A stretch of 64,000 bases of DNA from Candidatus Hydrogenedentota bacterium (GTDB lineage Bacteria; Hydrogenedentota; Hydrogenedentia; Hydrogenedentales; JAEUWI01). The stretch lies in contig JAXMOL010000022.1 of NCBI GenBank assembly GCA_034669905.1, forward strand, positions 32,001 to 96,000. Direction: 5' to 3'. Made by a program: the position numbers and the translations under genes. The notes beneath the pieces were generated by a model. The model saw nothing but the letters and a program-made list of their open reading frames with translations, searched no databases and was not told where the DNA came from. Shown here piece by piece: positions 10,638-20,603 of the stretch; position 1 is the stretch's first letter, and each line of letters starts with the position of its first letter.

Positions 10638-10775
10638 CGCGCACTTGGATGGGGGTATCACGTTGCCCCATCCCGCTCGGATTCATTCCTCTCCCCCGGT
10701 CTTACGCCCCAGAGGTGTGCATATCCACCCAATGAGTAGACGTGAAAGCTAACCACCGGTTTCAGAGAGGCCGCT

Positions 10776-12077
10776 ATGAGACGTAGTATAGTTCATGAGG
10801 GTGCAGGAAATCTCAGTTACGAGATCCGCGAGATCGTGGCCGTCGCCCGGGAAGTCCGCGCCTTAGGCCGCGAAATCATCTGGGAAAACATCGGTGACCC
10901 CATCGAAAAAGGCGAGGCCCTCGCCCCCTGGATCAAGGAAATCCTCCAGGGCCTCCTGGAAGTGCCCGCGAGCTATGGCTATTGCGATTCCGCCGGCGTC
11001 ATCGAGACCCGTGAATTCCTGGCCGCCAAGGTCAATGAACGGGATGGTGGCGTCAAGATCACGCCCAATGACCTTCTCTTCTTCAACGGCATTGGTGACG
11101 CGGTCGCACGGGTTTACGGATTCCTGAAGCGGGAAGCCCGCATCCTGGGCCCCTCCCCCGCCTACAGCACCCACTCCTCCGCCGAAGCCGCCCACTCCGG
11201 ATACGCCCACCTGACCTATGAGCTCGATCCGCTCAACGGCTGGCTCCCCGATGTGAACGACATCCGCATGAAGGTCAAATATAACGACTCTATCGCGGGC
11301 ATCCTCATCCTGACGCCGGATAACCCCACGGGTGCCGTGTATCCCCGGGAAATCCTCGATGAGATCGTGAAGATCGCCCAGGAATTCAACCTCTTCATCA
11401 TTACCGACGAGATTTACGCCCATATCGTCTATGAAGGCTACCCCCGACTCCACACCAGCGAATGGATTCAGGATGTGCCCGCCATTTCCATGCGCGGCAT
11501 CAGCAAGGAATACCCCTGGCCCGGTTCCCGCTGCGGCTGGCTCGAAGTACTCAACCGGGGTAAGGACGCCAACTTCTCCACCTACGTGGAAAGCCTCCTG
11601 GCCGCCAAGCGCCTCGAAGTGTGCTCCACCACCCTGCCCCAGATGTCTATCCCCCTCGTGTTCGGGGACGAGCGCTATCCAACCCACCTCACGACCCGTG
11701 CGGCCATGTTCAACGACCGGGCGGATGAAGCAGCGGCGGCCTTTGAGGGCTGTGAGTACGTCATCGCCAACAAACCCGGCGGGGCCTTCTACTTCACTAT
11801 TATGTTCAAGGAAAACGTCCTCAACAACGAGCAGACCCTGGAAATCGACAATGCCGGCATCAAGGCGCGCATCGAAGAATTGGTCCAGGGCGTCTCGCCG
11901 GATAAGCGCTTCGTCTACTATCTCATGGGCGCCACCGGCATCGTCGTCGTACCCCTGACCGGCTTCCAGTGCAGCCACGCGGGCTTCCGCTTCACCCTGC
12001 TGGAATGCGACCCGGAAAAACGGAAATACATCTTCCAAACCCTCCGCGACTCCATCGACACCTACTGCAACACGTAG
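10776..12077 (+). CDS. PLP-dependent aminotransferase class I/II (AlaA/AspC-like)
   Basis: WENIGDP, PDNPTGAVY, TDEIY, GISKEYPWPGSRCGW (PLP lysine). Confidence 0.9.
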   Translation: MRRSIVHEGAGNLSYEIREIVAVAREVRALGREIIWENIGDPIEKGEALAPWIKEILQGLLEVPASYGYCDSAGVIETREFLAAKVNERDGGVKITPNDLLFFNGIGDAVARVYGFLKREARILGPSPAYSTHSSAEAAHSGYAHLTYELDPLNGWLPDVNDIRMKVKYNDSIAGILILTPDNPTGAVYPREILDEIVKIAQEFNLFIITDEIYAHIVYEGYPRLHTSEWIQDVPAISMRGISKEYPWPGSRCGWLEVLNRGKDANFSTYVESLLAAKRLEVCSTTLPQMSIPLVFGDERYPTHLTTRAAMFNDRADEAAAAFEGCEYVIANKPGGAFYFTIMFKENVLNNEQTLEIDNAGIKARIEELVQGVSPDKRFVYYLMGATGIVVVPLTGFQCSHAGFRFTLLECDPEKRKYIFQTLRDSIDTYCNT

Positions 12078-12096
12078 GCTATAGCCCTCCCCCACC

Positions 12097-12134
12097 AAGG
12101 CCTGGTAACGCACGACGTTGCCAGGCCTTTTTTT
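12097..12134 (+). terminator. Rho-independent terminator
   Basis: AAGGCCTGGTAACG-cacga-CGTTGCCAGGCCTT followed by T-run. Confidence 0.85.
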
Positions 12135-12152
12135 GCGCCTTAATGCAATCCG

Positions 12153-13500
12153 GGGACAGCCTCGCGCGACAACCCTCAATGCCGATCCGCAATACGGTGC
12201 CATGGGCACCGATGCCGTCGGGCCGTCGGCGCTCCATAGGCGCACCTATGGGACGGTATCGCGCCAGTGCAACGCAGTTATTTCAAGATGGCATTGCACC
12301 ATCCCAGCCACTTCGCCATGACAAGCGACACCCCACCGCGCGTTCCTGTCCCGGTGGTGGGACTGTCCTCGACTTCGTCCCAGGTCGTAGACGCGCCGTG
12401 GTGGGCGAAGTTCGGGACTGTACCGGCAGTACGCCACGACGGCAGTCGGTCTCACCAATTCCCCGTCTCCCCACCCATGCGTCACCCGGAACAAGGAGCT
12501 CGGACACTCTTATCCGAGGCAAAAGCCTTTTCGCACGCGTCCAGCAAGGAGAGGCACTGCCCATCGCAATTCGGTGCCATGGGCACCGATGCCGTCGGGC
12601 CGACGGCGCTCCATAGGCGCACCTATGGGACGGTATCGCGCCAGTGCAACGCAGGTATTTTAGGACGTCGTCGTACCATCCCAGCCACTCTGCCCCTACA
12701 CGCGTCACGCCAACGCGCGTTCCTGTCCCGGTGGCCGTAAGCCAGCCGCCCCGTGGACACAAAAGAGAACGGCGGAGAAACCACCCCAGGTGCGCAGACA
12801 TTCCTGTCTGCCATAACGGTAGCGGATGCGCGCTTTCGTTCCCGTCGGCCTCCTAAAAACCACGTCTTCCCATACTGCCGGGACAGCCTCGCGCATCAAC
12901 GCCAACTACCCATCCGCTGAATCCGCCGTCACCTCCCCGTCCACTCGCTACCCTAAGTGACTTTCAGCGCGAAGGCAGTCCCTGTGGTGGGACTGTCCTC
13001 GACTTCGCCCGAAGCGAAGTTCGGGACTGTACCGGCAGTACGCCACGACGGCAGTCGGTCTCACCAATTCCACGTCTCCCCATACTGCCGGGACAGCCTC
13101 GCGCATCAACGTTCACTACTCACCCGTTGAATGCGCGATCACGCCCCCGTCCACACCCTACCCCACGTAGCTTTCAGCGCGCAGGCAGTCCCTGTGGGAC
13201 GGTATCGCGCCAGTGCAACGCAGGTATTCCAAGATGGCATTACACCATCCCAGCCACTCCGCCCATAGACGCGCCACGTCAACGCGCGTTCCTGTCCCGG
13301 TGGCCGTAGCTTCCTAACCCCACACCACATATGACGGACCGCTGGCGGTTCGCTAAAATCTGCTCACACGGCCCGCCGACCCGCTCGCCAAGCCCACCGG
13401 GACATGCAGCCGCCTTTGAGCGCGCCATGGCAAACCAAGTCACGCCAAGCGACCACAGGCAATCGTCCCTACCCATAGGGCCCCTGCGGCAGAAGGGTGC
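12153..13500. repeat. Mosaic array of palindromic REP/REPIN/MITE-like units (GGGAC...GTCCC family)
   Basis: 103-bp units at 12250-12352, 12627-12729, 13196-13298 (type B) and 12880-12982, 13090-13192 (type C); type D hairpins 12359-12424, 12989-13033; triple-hairpin modules 12195-12251, 12572-12628; hairpin GCAGACA-TTCC-TGTCTGC 12794-12811. Confidence 0.9.
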
Positions 13501-13617
13501 TTCAACCCGCATTCCAAAGTGCTGCTCGGCACCCGCCGGCATCACCAATACGTCATGGCGCATATCCTTATAGGGAACTACCCCTACATGTCCTTGCTCC
13601 TGATTTTGCCAGTCGGG

Positions 13618-16600
13618 TTATGCCTTCGGACCAGCGGTGTCAGCAGAGATGCCGGCATCGAAAGTCTTCTTGCTCCTGTGGGCGACAAGATAGAGAATCG
13701 GAAGCACAATAAGGGTCAGTATCGTATTGGTGATCACGCCGCCTACCACGACGGTCGCGAGTGGTCGTTGTACCTCGGCCCCGACACCGGTGGATAGGGC
13801 CATAGGAATGAATCCCGCTGCGTCGGTGACGGCGGTTGCCAATACGGGACGCAGACGTTGCTTGCCTGCCTCGATGACCGCATTAAGTATGGGTAGCCCG
13901 TCATTTGAATAGCCACGAATCGCCGCCACGAGCACCTGTCCATTGAGGACCGCGATACCACTCAAGGCAATGAACCCGACTGCTGCACTCACGCTGAACG
14001 GAATATCTCTCAGATACAACGACAGGATGCCACCCACGAAGGCGAAGGGAATCCCGGTGTAGATGATGAGCACGTCTCGCAGCCGTCCGAGGCTGAAATA
14101 GAGCAGCATGAAGACTAGCAGTAGCGTGAGGGGCACAATGATGGCGAGCCGCCATTGAGCCCGCTCAAGGTTCTCGAACTGCCCACCCCAATCGACGACG
14201 TAGCCCTCTGGAAGATCTACTTCGCGGGCAATGGCCCCTTTGGCTTCCTCGACGAAGGACCCGACGTCGCGCCCCCGCACGTTCGCCTGAACGCGAATAA
14301 GACGCCGACTCCACTCCCGGTTGATCGTCGCCGGGCTGTCACCGAGCCTCACGTCGGCCAGTTGATTCAATTGGAGCCGGGCACCCGATTCAGTCGCGAT
14401 ACGTACTTCAGACAATTTCTGCACGTCCGTCCGGTACTCGTCCGGGAGCCGCATGACTAAGGGGAATACTCGCTGGCCTTCATAGATTGAACCGACCTTC
14501 GTTCCACCGACCGCCTCGACCATATCCAGCACGTCGCCGCCCGGAATCCCGAACCGGGCGATGCGGGCTTGATCGACTTCGACCTGTAGTGTGGGCTGTC
14601 CGGTCACCTGATCCACGGAGAGATCCGCTGCACCGTCAACGTTAATCAGGGCGGCTTGGACTTCATCGGCCAACCGCACCAATTCGTCGAAGTCGTCGCC
14701 ATAGATCTTGATGCCCACGTCGGAACGCATGCCAGCCGACAGTTCGTTCATCCGCAACTCAATCGGCTGGGAGTAGGCGATGTTTAGCCCCGGCATGATG
14801 GCGAGCCGTTGCTCAATCGAGTCAATCAATTCGGTCTGGTTGGTCGCCCGCGTCCATTGTTTCCGTGGGTGGAGCGTCATAAAGATATCCGTGAGTTCCG
14901 TCCCCATCGGGTCAGTGGCAACCTCCGCAACACCGATGCGGCTCCAGACATACTTGATTTCGTCCGGATACTCTTCGAGGAGGACCTTCTCGATCCGGGT
15001 GTTGTAATTCACCGACGTGGGAATGGATATCCCCGCAAGCCGGATCACGTTGGCGGCAATCGCACCCTCGCTCAGCCGTGGGGTAAATTCTGCTCCAAGG
15101 CGCGTCGCGAAGAACCCAGTCCCGACGAGAATAGCAACAGTCAGCGGAAGCACGGCCCATCGCAACATCAATGATGCCTTGAGAATCCGCTCGTACACGA
15201 CAACGAGTAGGTGGCCCAATCCTTTGCGTTCCGGCTTCGCGTTCCAGGGCAGGGCGTAGTACGAGAGCACTGGCGAGACGAAGATGGCGAGCACAAGTGC
15301 TCCGGCCAGGGCGAGGATAAAAGTGAATGCCATCGGCCGAAACATCTTGCCTTCGACCCCTTCCAGCGTCAGTATTGGGAAGAAGACAATCATGATGATC
15401 ACCATCCCGAAAACGATTGGTCGGACGACTTCCCGGCTCGATTCGAGCATGCAGGCAAGACGTTCCTTGCTCGTCAGTTTTCCTCCCTTCTCCGCTTGCC
15501 GCTCTCGCAGGCGACGCAAGTTGGTTTCGGTCATGACAACGCTGCCATCCACCAAGATGCCGAAATCGATGGCACCCAGACTCAACAGGCTCGCGGCGAT
15601 GGCGAACTCGAACATACCGAGAACGGCGAAGAGCATCGCCATGGGAATGGTCACCGCGACCAGCAGGCCCGCTTGGAGATTGCCTAGCAACACAAACAGC
15701 ACGACTATGACTAACGCCGCTCCCATGAGCAGATTGTGTTCGACTGTCCCGATGACCTTGTCCACCAGTTCGGTTCGGTCGTAGACCACAGTCAAGACGA
15801 TGTCTTCAGGGAGGGAAGGAGCAACCGACTCCAGCCGCTCGCGAAGGGCGGCGGTTACCTCGTTGCTGTTCTCGCCGAGCAGCATAAACCCCAGGCCCAT
15901 CAATGCCTCGCCCTGCCCTTGGAAGGTGATTGCCCCCCGGCGGATTTCGTGGTCTAGCCGTACTTCGGCAAGATCGTGGATGTGGATCGGCGTGCCATCG
16001 AATGCCGCCACGACGATGTCGCCGATTTCCTGCGTTGTTGAGACCCGGCCAAGTCCATGAACCAAGAGGGACTCGCCCGAGCGGGTGACCTGCCCGCCAC
16101 CCGCATTGCGGTTGTTGTGTTCCAGGGCGGATTTCACTTCGCCCAAGGTGAGTTCGTACTCGATGAGGGCGTTGGGATCGACGATGACGTGGTACTGTTT
16201 TTCAAAGCCGCCCCAACTGTTGACCTCGGCGACGCCGGGCACCTTGAGGAGTTCCGGCTTTACCACCCAATCGTGAATCTCACGAATTTCCATGGTCGTG
16301 CGATCCGGATCATCCGACCGCATGACATAGTGGAGCACCTCGCCCAATCCCGTCGAGATTGGTCCAAGCTGTGGCTGCTCAATTCCCTCTGGCAGCACCA
16401 CGGTGTTGAGGCGCTCCATGATGAATTGGCGGGCGTTATAGATGTCCGTGTCATCGTCGAAGACCGCGACCACCTGCGAAAATCCGAATTTCGACGCGGA
16501 ACGGACGTTCTGCAAGCCCGGTAGTCCCGAAATGGCCAGTTCGATGGGCAGGGTTATCTGCTGCTCGATTTCGGCTGCATTGAGCGATTCCGCCGTCGTA

Positions 16601-16749
16601 TTGACTTGGACCTGTATCGGCGACGTGTCGGGAAACGCATCGACCGGCAATGTGGTCAATCGCCAAGCACCTAAGCCGCAAATCAGCACGAGGAGGGCGA
16701 CGACAAGAATTCGGTTGTTAAGGGCGTAATCTGTTAGGCGTTCTAGCAT
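13618..16749 (-). CDS. czcA: CusA/CzcA-family heavy-metal RND efflux permease
   Basis: LPVDAFPD, LGPISTGLGEV, SLGAIDFGILVDGSVVMTE, GKMFRPMAFT, RLRPVLATA, GAEVQRPLATVVVGG; start at MLERLTD. Confidence 0.93.
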   Translation of the reverse strand: MLERLTDYALNNRILVVALLVLICGLGAWRLTTLPVDAFPDTSPIQVQVNTTAESLNAAEIEQQITLPIELAISGLPGLQNVRSASKFGFSQVVAVFDDDTDIYNARQFIMERLNTVVLPEGIEQPQLGPISTGLGEVLHYVMRSDDPDRTTMEIREIHDWVVKPELLKVPGVAEVNSWGGFEKQYHVIVDPNALIEYELTLGEVKSALEHNNRNAGGGQVTRSGESLLVHGLGRVSTTQEIGDIVVAAFDGTPIHIHDLAEVRLDHEIRRGAITFQGQGEALMGLGFMLLGENSNEVTAALRERLESVAPSLPEDIVLTVVYDRTELVDKVIGTVEHNLLMGAALVIVVLFVLLGNLQAGLLVAVTIPMAMLFAVLGMFEFAIAASLLSLGAIDFGILVDGSVVMTETNLRRLRERQAEKGGKLTSKERLACMLESSREVVRPIVFGMVIIMIVFFPILTLEGVEGKMFRPMAFTFILALAGALVLAIFVSPVLSYYALPWNAKPERKGLGHLLVVVYERILKASLMLRWAVLPLTVAILVGTGFFATRLGAEFTPRLSEGAIAANVIRLAGISIPTSVNYNTRIEKVLLEEYPDEIKYVWSRIGVAEVATDPMGTELTDIFMTLHPRKQWTRATNQTELIDSIEQRLAIMPGLNIAYSQPIELRMNELSAGMRSDVGIKIYGDDFDELVRLADEVQAALINVDGAADLSVDQVTGQPTLQVEVDQARIARFGIPGGDVLDMVEAVGGTKVGSIYEGQRVFPLVMRLPDEYRTDVQKLSEVRIATESGARLQLNQLADVRLGDSPATINREWSRRLIRVQANVRGRDVGSFVEEAKGAIAREVDLPEGYVVDWGGQFENLERAQWRLAIIVPLTLLLVFMLLYFSLGRLRDVLIIYTGIPFAFVGGILSLYLRDIPFSVSAAVGFIALSGIAVLNGQVLVAAIRGYSNDGLPILNAVIEAGKQRLRPVLATAVTDAAGFIPMALSTGVGAEVQRPLATVVVGGVITNTILTLIVLPILYLVAHRSKKTFDAGISADTAGPKA

Positions 16750-16762
16750 GTCTTCATCCCGC

Positions 16763-18463
16763 CTAATCGTCTGCGCAGCCCGCACCAAGGCGGGCTTTGA
16801 GAAACTCGGATTTCAGAAGGTAACTGCCGTCGAAGGCGATCTCGTCGGAGGAAGCCAGTCCGCCAAGAACCTGAACCTGATCGCCTCGTTTTTGTCCCAG
16901 ACGTACGAGTCTGGTCTCGAATAGATCCTGGTCGAGACGGGCGAACACGATGGATTGGCCATCGACTTCTTGGACGGCGGATTCCGGCACGTGCAGACCC
17001 TGCATGGTGGTTCCCGATGTGAGGGACACTTCACCGAAAAGACCATCCTTCAACATACCATGTTGATTCGGCAATACAACGCGGGCCTCGAAAGTGCGGG
17101 TTCTGTGGTCGATGCTTGGAGCGATCCAGGAAATCTCGCCTTGGAACATCAGCCCCGGGTACGCATCAAATTGGGCATTGATCGTCTGGCCTTCCTCGAC
17201 CGACATCAATTGAGTCTCGGACATCGAGAGCTTCATCCATACCGTGGAGAGATCGGCCACATGAAACAACGGTGAACCGACCTCTACCGCCGTTCCTTTC
17301 ACAGCGAGCCTCTCTACGACTGTTCCGTCGAAGGGCGCGCGGACTTCCAGTCGGGAGCTGGTCGAACGTGTGCGGCGGACTTCATTGAGCTCCTCGGAGG
17401 TCAGCCCGAGATTGAGCAAGCGCTGGGCGGCAAAGTCAATCTCGCTCTCGGTCGTAGCGACCACCGACTGCGCCTCTTCTAGGTCCTTCCTCGCGGAAAT
17501 TTCGCGGGTATATAGATCCTTTTCCCGAGCATAGGTCTTCTGGGCGAGGGATGCTTCGGCCACGGCTTTGAGAAGTACACTCTTTGCTTCCGCCACGGCG
17601 GGAGAGTTTAGTGTCGCCAGGAGTTGTCCCGACGCCACTTCATCGCCTGCTTCCACGAGTACATCCATGATGACACCGCTTCCCAGGGGCGTTACGATGG
17701 CAAGCTGATTCCGGTTGTATGAAACCTCGCCCAACATCGTCTGCATCGCACTTGAGCCGCCTTCTTTGGGCCTTCCCAGCGAGACTCCCGCTTGGTCTAC
17801 CGAGGACGGATCCGCTAAACGGACTTTGAGTCCTGAACCAAAATCAAGATTGGCCAGCAATTGCGGCTGACAAATGCCGCACTCATTCTCGGCAACGTCA
17901 TGCTCATCGCACCAGAGCACCCTGGATTCACGGGTCTTCTCGAGCTGGCCCGCCTGACCGTGCTCTCCAGACTCATCGATCTCGTCATGGCGCTCGTCAG
18001 ACAGTGTTGCTGCGGACATTAAATCCGGGTGGCAGATGTAACACTCATCCTCGTAGCGATCATGCTCGCGGCACCACAGGCGTCCTGGCTCCCGTTGATC
18101 GGCGGGGAGGTTCAATGACGGAACATCGTCTATATCAAAAGATGCCGAGGTATCGTGGTCACCACTGTCGTGATGCCCATCTTCCTCGTAGATATCTGGG
18201 GCACCTGCCTTACTTCCCTCTGGACGCAAGTCGGGGTGACAGATATAACATTCGTCCTCGTAGCGGCTGTGTTCTGTACACCAGAGACGATCCGGGTCGC
18301 GCTCCTCAGGTGGGAGGTTCAATGACGGGACATCGTCATCTGAGGGAGGCGTGACGGCTGCTTCGCCTGCCCCACCGAATCCGGTCACAACGTAAACACC
18401 TGCAATGGCTATTGCGGTCAGAAATGCGAGAGAACCCGCAATTAGGGTGGTCTTGGTCTTCAT
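16763..18463 (-). CDS. czcB: CzcB/CusB-family RND periplasmic adaptor with N-terminal Cys/His repeats
   Basis: TM anchor; 3x WCxEHxxxExECxICxP; VRAPFDGTVVE, LFHVADLSTVW, VPESAVQ. Confidence 0.9.
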   Translation of the reverse strand: MKTKTTLIAGSLAFLTAIAIAGVYVVTGFGGAGEAAVTPPSDDDVPSLNLPPEERDPDRLWCTEHSRYEDECYICHPDLRPEGSKAGAPDIYEEDGHHDSGDHDTSASFDIDDVPSLNLPADQREPGRLWCREHDRYEDECYICHPDLMSAATLSDERHDEIDESGEHGQAGQLEKTRESRVLWCDEHDVAENECGICQPQLLANLDFGSGLKVRLADPSSVDQAGVSLGRPKEGGSSAMQTMLGEVSYNRNQLAIVTPLGSGVIMDVLVEAGDEVASGQLLATLNSPAVAEAKSVLLKAVAEASLAQKTYAREKDLYTREISARKDLEEAQSVVATTESEIDFAAQRLLNLGLTSEELNEVRRTRSTSSRLEVRAPFDGTVVERLAVKGTAVEVGSPLFHVADLSTVWMKLSMSETQLMSVEEGQTINAQFDAYPGLMFQGEISWIAPSIDHRTRTFEARVVLPNQHGMLKDGLFGEVSLTSGTTMQGLHVPESAVQEVDGQSIVFARLDQDLFETRLVRLGQKRGDQVQVLGGLASSDEIAFDGSYLLKSEFLKARLGAGCADD

Positions 18464-18465
18464 GA

Positions 18466-19998
18466 TTATTCTTCCTCGACGGTTGGCGAGATGGCTCGCT
18501 CATCGTGGTTAATAGCTATGGCTGGGTCAGACATCACGTCCCAGACGGAATCATTGTTGAATATACCTGCACCGAGGGTCTGCTCCATTGCGGCGACGGC
18601 GGTGTGGTAGGCGATCTCGGCTTCGGTCGCTCTCAATCGCGCATCCACCAACTGCCGTTCAGCATCCAGTACGGTGACAAAATCGAACTTGCCGCTCCGA
18701 TAGCCGACTTGCGTGAGATCAAAGGTTTCCTGCATCTCCGGAATCACGGAGACTCGGAGCGATTCGGCGGCTTCCCGTGCACCCGAGGCGGCAGCATGAA
18801 ACGCTGTGACGCGGGCATCCAGGGAACGCTCGGTCGCACGCCGCTCGTAGGCTGTCTTTTGCACCTGGTACTCGGCCTCTTTGCGTGCCCCCTGATTGCG
18901 ATTGAAGATTGGAAGCGGTATTGAAATCTCGATGCTCAACGAATGTTCCCAATCGTCGTTCGAACCCCTACTTACTCGCGAAAGGGACAGCCCTTCAGCG
19001 CCAAGGCCGAATGATCGGCTTGATTCGCCGCCCAGCCCTTCGGCCCGATAGCCAAAGGTCAACTCCAAATCCGGGATGGCGCGCCGCTCCTCCAGTTGAA
19101 GGACAGCCTTCCGCCGGGCAAGTTCGTACTCCCACTGCCTTAGAATCGGATGATCTTGCTTCTTTTCGAGCAGCGCCTCAATTGCAGGCAGTTCAGGCAT
19201 GCTGGTCACATCGCCTTCGACCGCCTCGAATGCCGGCTCGTTTGATCCCCACATCGCCGCCAGCCGAATCTTGGCTTGGTGCACGACTTGCTCCCGGCGT
19301 CTCTGTTCGATGCGTAAAGATTCGACGGCGGTTCGTGCACGACGTCCCTCCAGCGGCGACGATTCCCCAGCCTCGACAAGCTCTTCGACTGTACTTGTCA
19401 GACGCTCTCCGAGCTCGACGAGTTCTCCAAACTGCCGGACTCCCTCCTGTGCCGCAAGCACGTCGTTGAACGCCACGACGACCTCGCCAATGACCCGATA
19501 ACGAGCCACCTCGTAGTCCCAGGCAGCGGCATCCTTGCCCCGTTGGGCGGCTTCAATCCGAGCCGAACGCTTGCCTCCGAGTTCGATGATCTGCGAGAGC
19601 CGAAGTGTAATCTCAGCCTGCCCGAACACGCTTCGCGATTCGGATTCCCGCTCGCGTTCGAGACCGAACGTGGGCGAACCATCAGCCGCGAGGCCCAGAC
19701 TTCTACTTGTACCGCCACTAACCGATGACCCACCCAGCGCGATGTTCTCCACTTCGAGTGAGAGTTCCGGATTGGGCCGAAGACCCGCCTGAATGATCCT
19801 GGCGTCGGCTATCCGGACGTCCCAGGGATATACCTCCAGGCCGGGATTGCCGAGAACGGCGGCTTCCATGGCATCGCTCAGCCGCAGGATGCCGGTCGGC
19901 TCAGGTGTCTCTGGCTGCACCGATTGCGCCAAAGTGCTTGAGGTAAGACTTAAAGCCATACCAAGATATGCAAAACTTTGGAAAAAACGAAGGGACAT
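18466..19998 (-). CDS. czcC: TolC/CzcC-family outer-membrane efflux protein
   Basis: Signal peptide, QAGLRPNPEL, LSQIIELGGKRSARI, IPLPIFNRNQG, GYRSGKFDFVTVLDAER; RBS GAGGAGG before ATG 19998. Confidence 0.9.
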   Translation of the reverse strand: MSLRFFQSFAYLGMALSLTSSTLAQSVQPETPEPTGILRLSDAMEAAVLGNPGLEVYPWDVRIADARIIQAGLRPNPELSLEVENIALGGSSVSGGTSRSLGLAADGSPTFGLERERESESRSVFGQAEITLRLSQIIELGGKRSARIEAAQRGKDAAAWDYEVARYRVIGEVVVAFNDVLAAQEGVRQFGELVELGERLTSTVEELVEAGESSPLEGRRARTAVESLRIEQRRREQVVHQAKIRLAAMWGSNEPAFEAVEGDVTSMPELPAIEALLEKKQDHPILRQWEYELARRKAVLQLEERRAIPDLELTFGYRAEGLGGESSRSFGLGAEGLSLSRVSRGSNDDWEHSLSIEISIPLPIFNRNQGARKEAEYQVQKTAYERRATERSLDARVTAFHAAASGAREAAESLRVSVIPEMQETFDLTQVGYRSGKFDFVTVLDAERQLVDARLRATEAEIAYHTAVAAMEQTLGAGIFNNDSVWDVMSDPAIAINHDERAISPTVEEE

Positions 19999-20073
19999 CG
20001 TCCCACCTCCTCTAGACGCATCCACAAATGGACACAGTTCTTCTGCCATTAAGGGGCTAAGAGGTGGGGGATA

Positions 20074-20475
20074 TCAGATGAGCAGGATAGTAGTGCCTAC
20101 GGAAGGCGCGGTAGGGAGCGGGCAGTTTGCGTGAACGGTGCTGACCCGCGAGGCGACCTCGCATCGCGATTCCGACACACCAAATTGGGACAATACGTGC
20201 AGCGGGTTTAGCGAGGGTGGATGCTCATTCGTGGAAGTCGGGGCTACCACAGCGCTCCTGGTCTCGGGCAACGGAACATCAATGCAGCATTGGTGGTCAC
20301 GCTCTACAGAAATGGCAACTCCTGCGGTGTACGATTCCACCGTACAGCAGTTATCCTGATCGTGGGCTTCGATGGCGATGTGCCCATCTTGGCCGATGCA
20401 TAGCACCATCCCGCTCGCCGTCCCCGCGAACGTGAGTAAGACCAAGAATACATTGTGTAAGATCAGACGAATCAT
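20074..20475 (-). CDS. Small Cys/His-rich exported protein heading the efflux operon (CzcI-like position)
   Basis: Hydrophobic N-terminus, VLCIGQDGHIAIEAH..CC..HQCCIDVPL, hydrophobic C-terminal TTILLI. Confidence 0.65.
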   Translation of the reverse strand: MIRLILHNVFLVLLTFAGTASGMVLCIGQDGHIAIEAHDQDNCCTVESYTAGVAISVERDHQCCIDVPLPETRSAVVAPTSTNEHPPSLNPLHVLSQFGVSESRCEVASRVSTVHANCPLPTAPSVGTTILLI

Positions 20476-20504
20476 AGAAGTAACCAACTATTTTCCCTAA
20501 AATG

Positions 20505-20534
20505 AGCGTACAATATACCCTTTGGATTTGTCAA
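20505..20534 (-). promoter_or_regulatory. Putative sigma70 promoter of the efflux operon
   Basis: Minus strand TTGACA-18bp-TACGCT in an AT-rich patch; spacer contains GGGTATAT (resembles a CsoR/RcnR half-site). Confidence 0.4.
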
Positions 20535-20603
20535 ACGACAGGGTAATCACAAATAGTTTTTGGGAAAACCAAGGAACAGTCGGCCAGGGGGCTTCGCCGC
20601 ACT

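Noticed and set aside
12153..13500. CRISPR array interpretation of the repeat region
   Set aside because: Repeats are of several types and 45-103 bp, interiors are homologous to each other rather than unique spacers, and no cas genes are present
12153..13500. Integron attC array
   Set aside because: No RYYYAAC...GTTRRRY core ends, no cassette ORFs between units and no intI
11969..13573. Many overlapping ORFs in the repeat region (e.g. 12267-12740, 12283-12801) and at 20497-21090
   Set aside because: They are translations of palindromic repeats in both strands with no RBS or family motif
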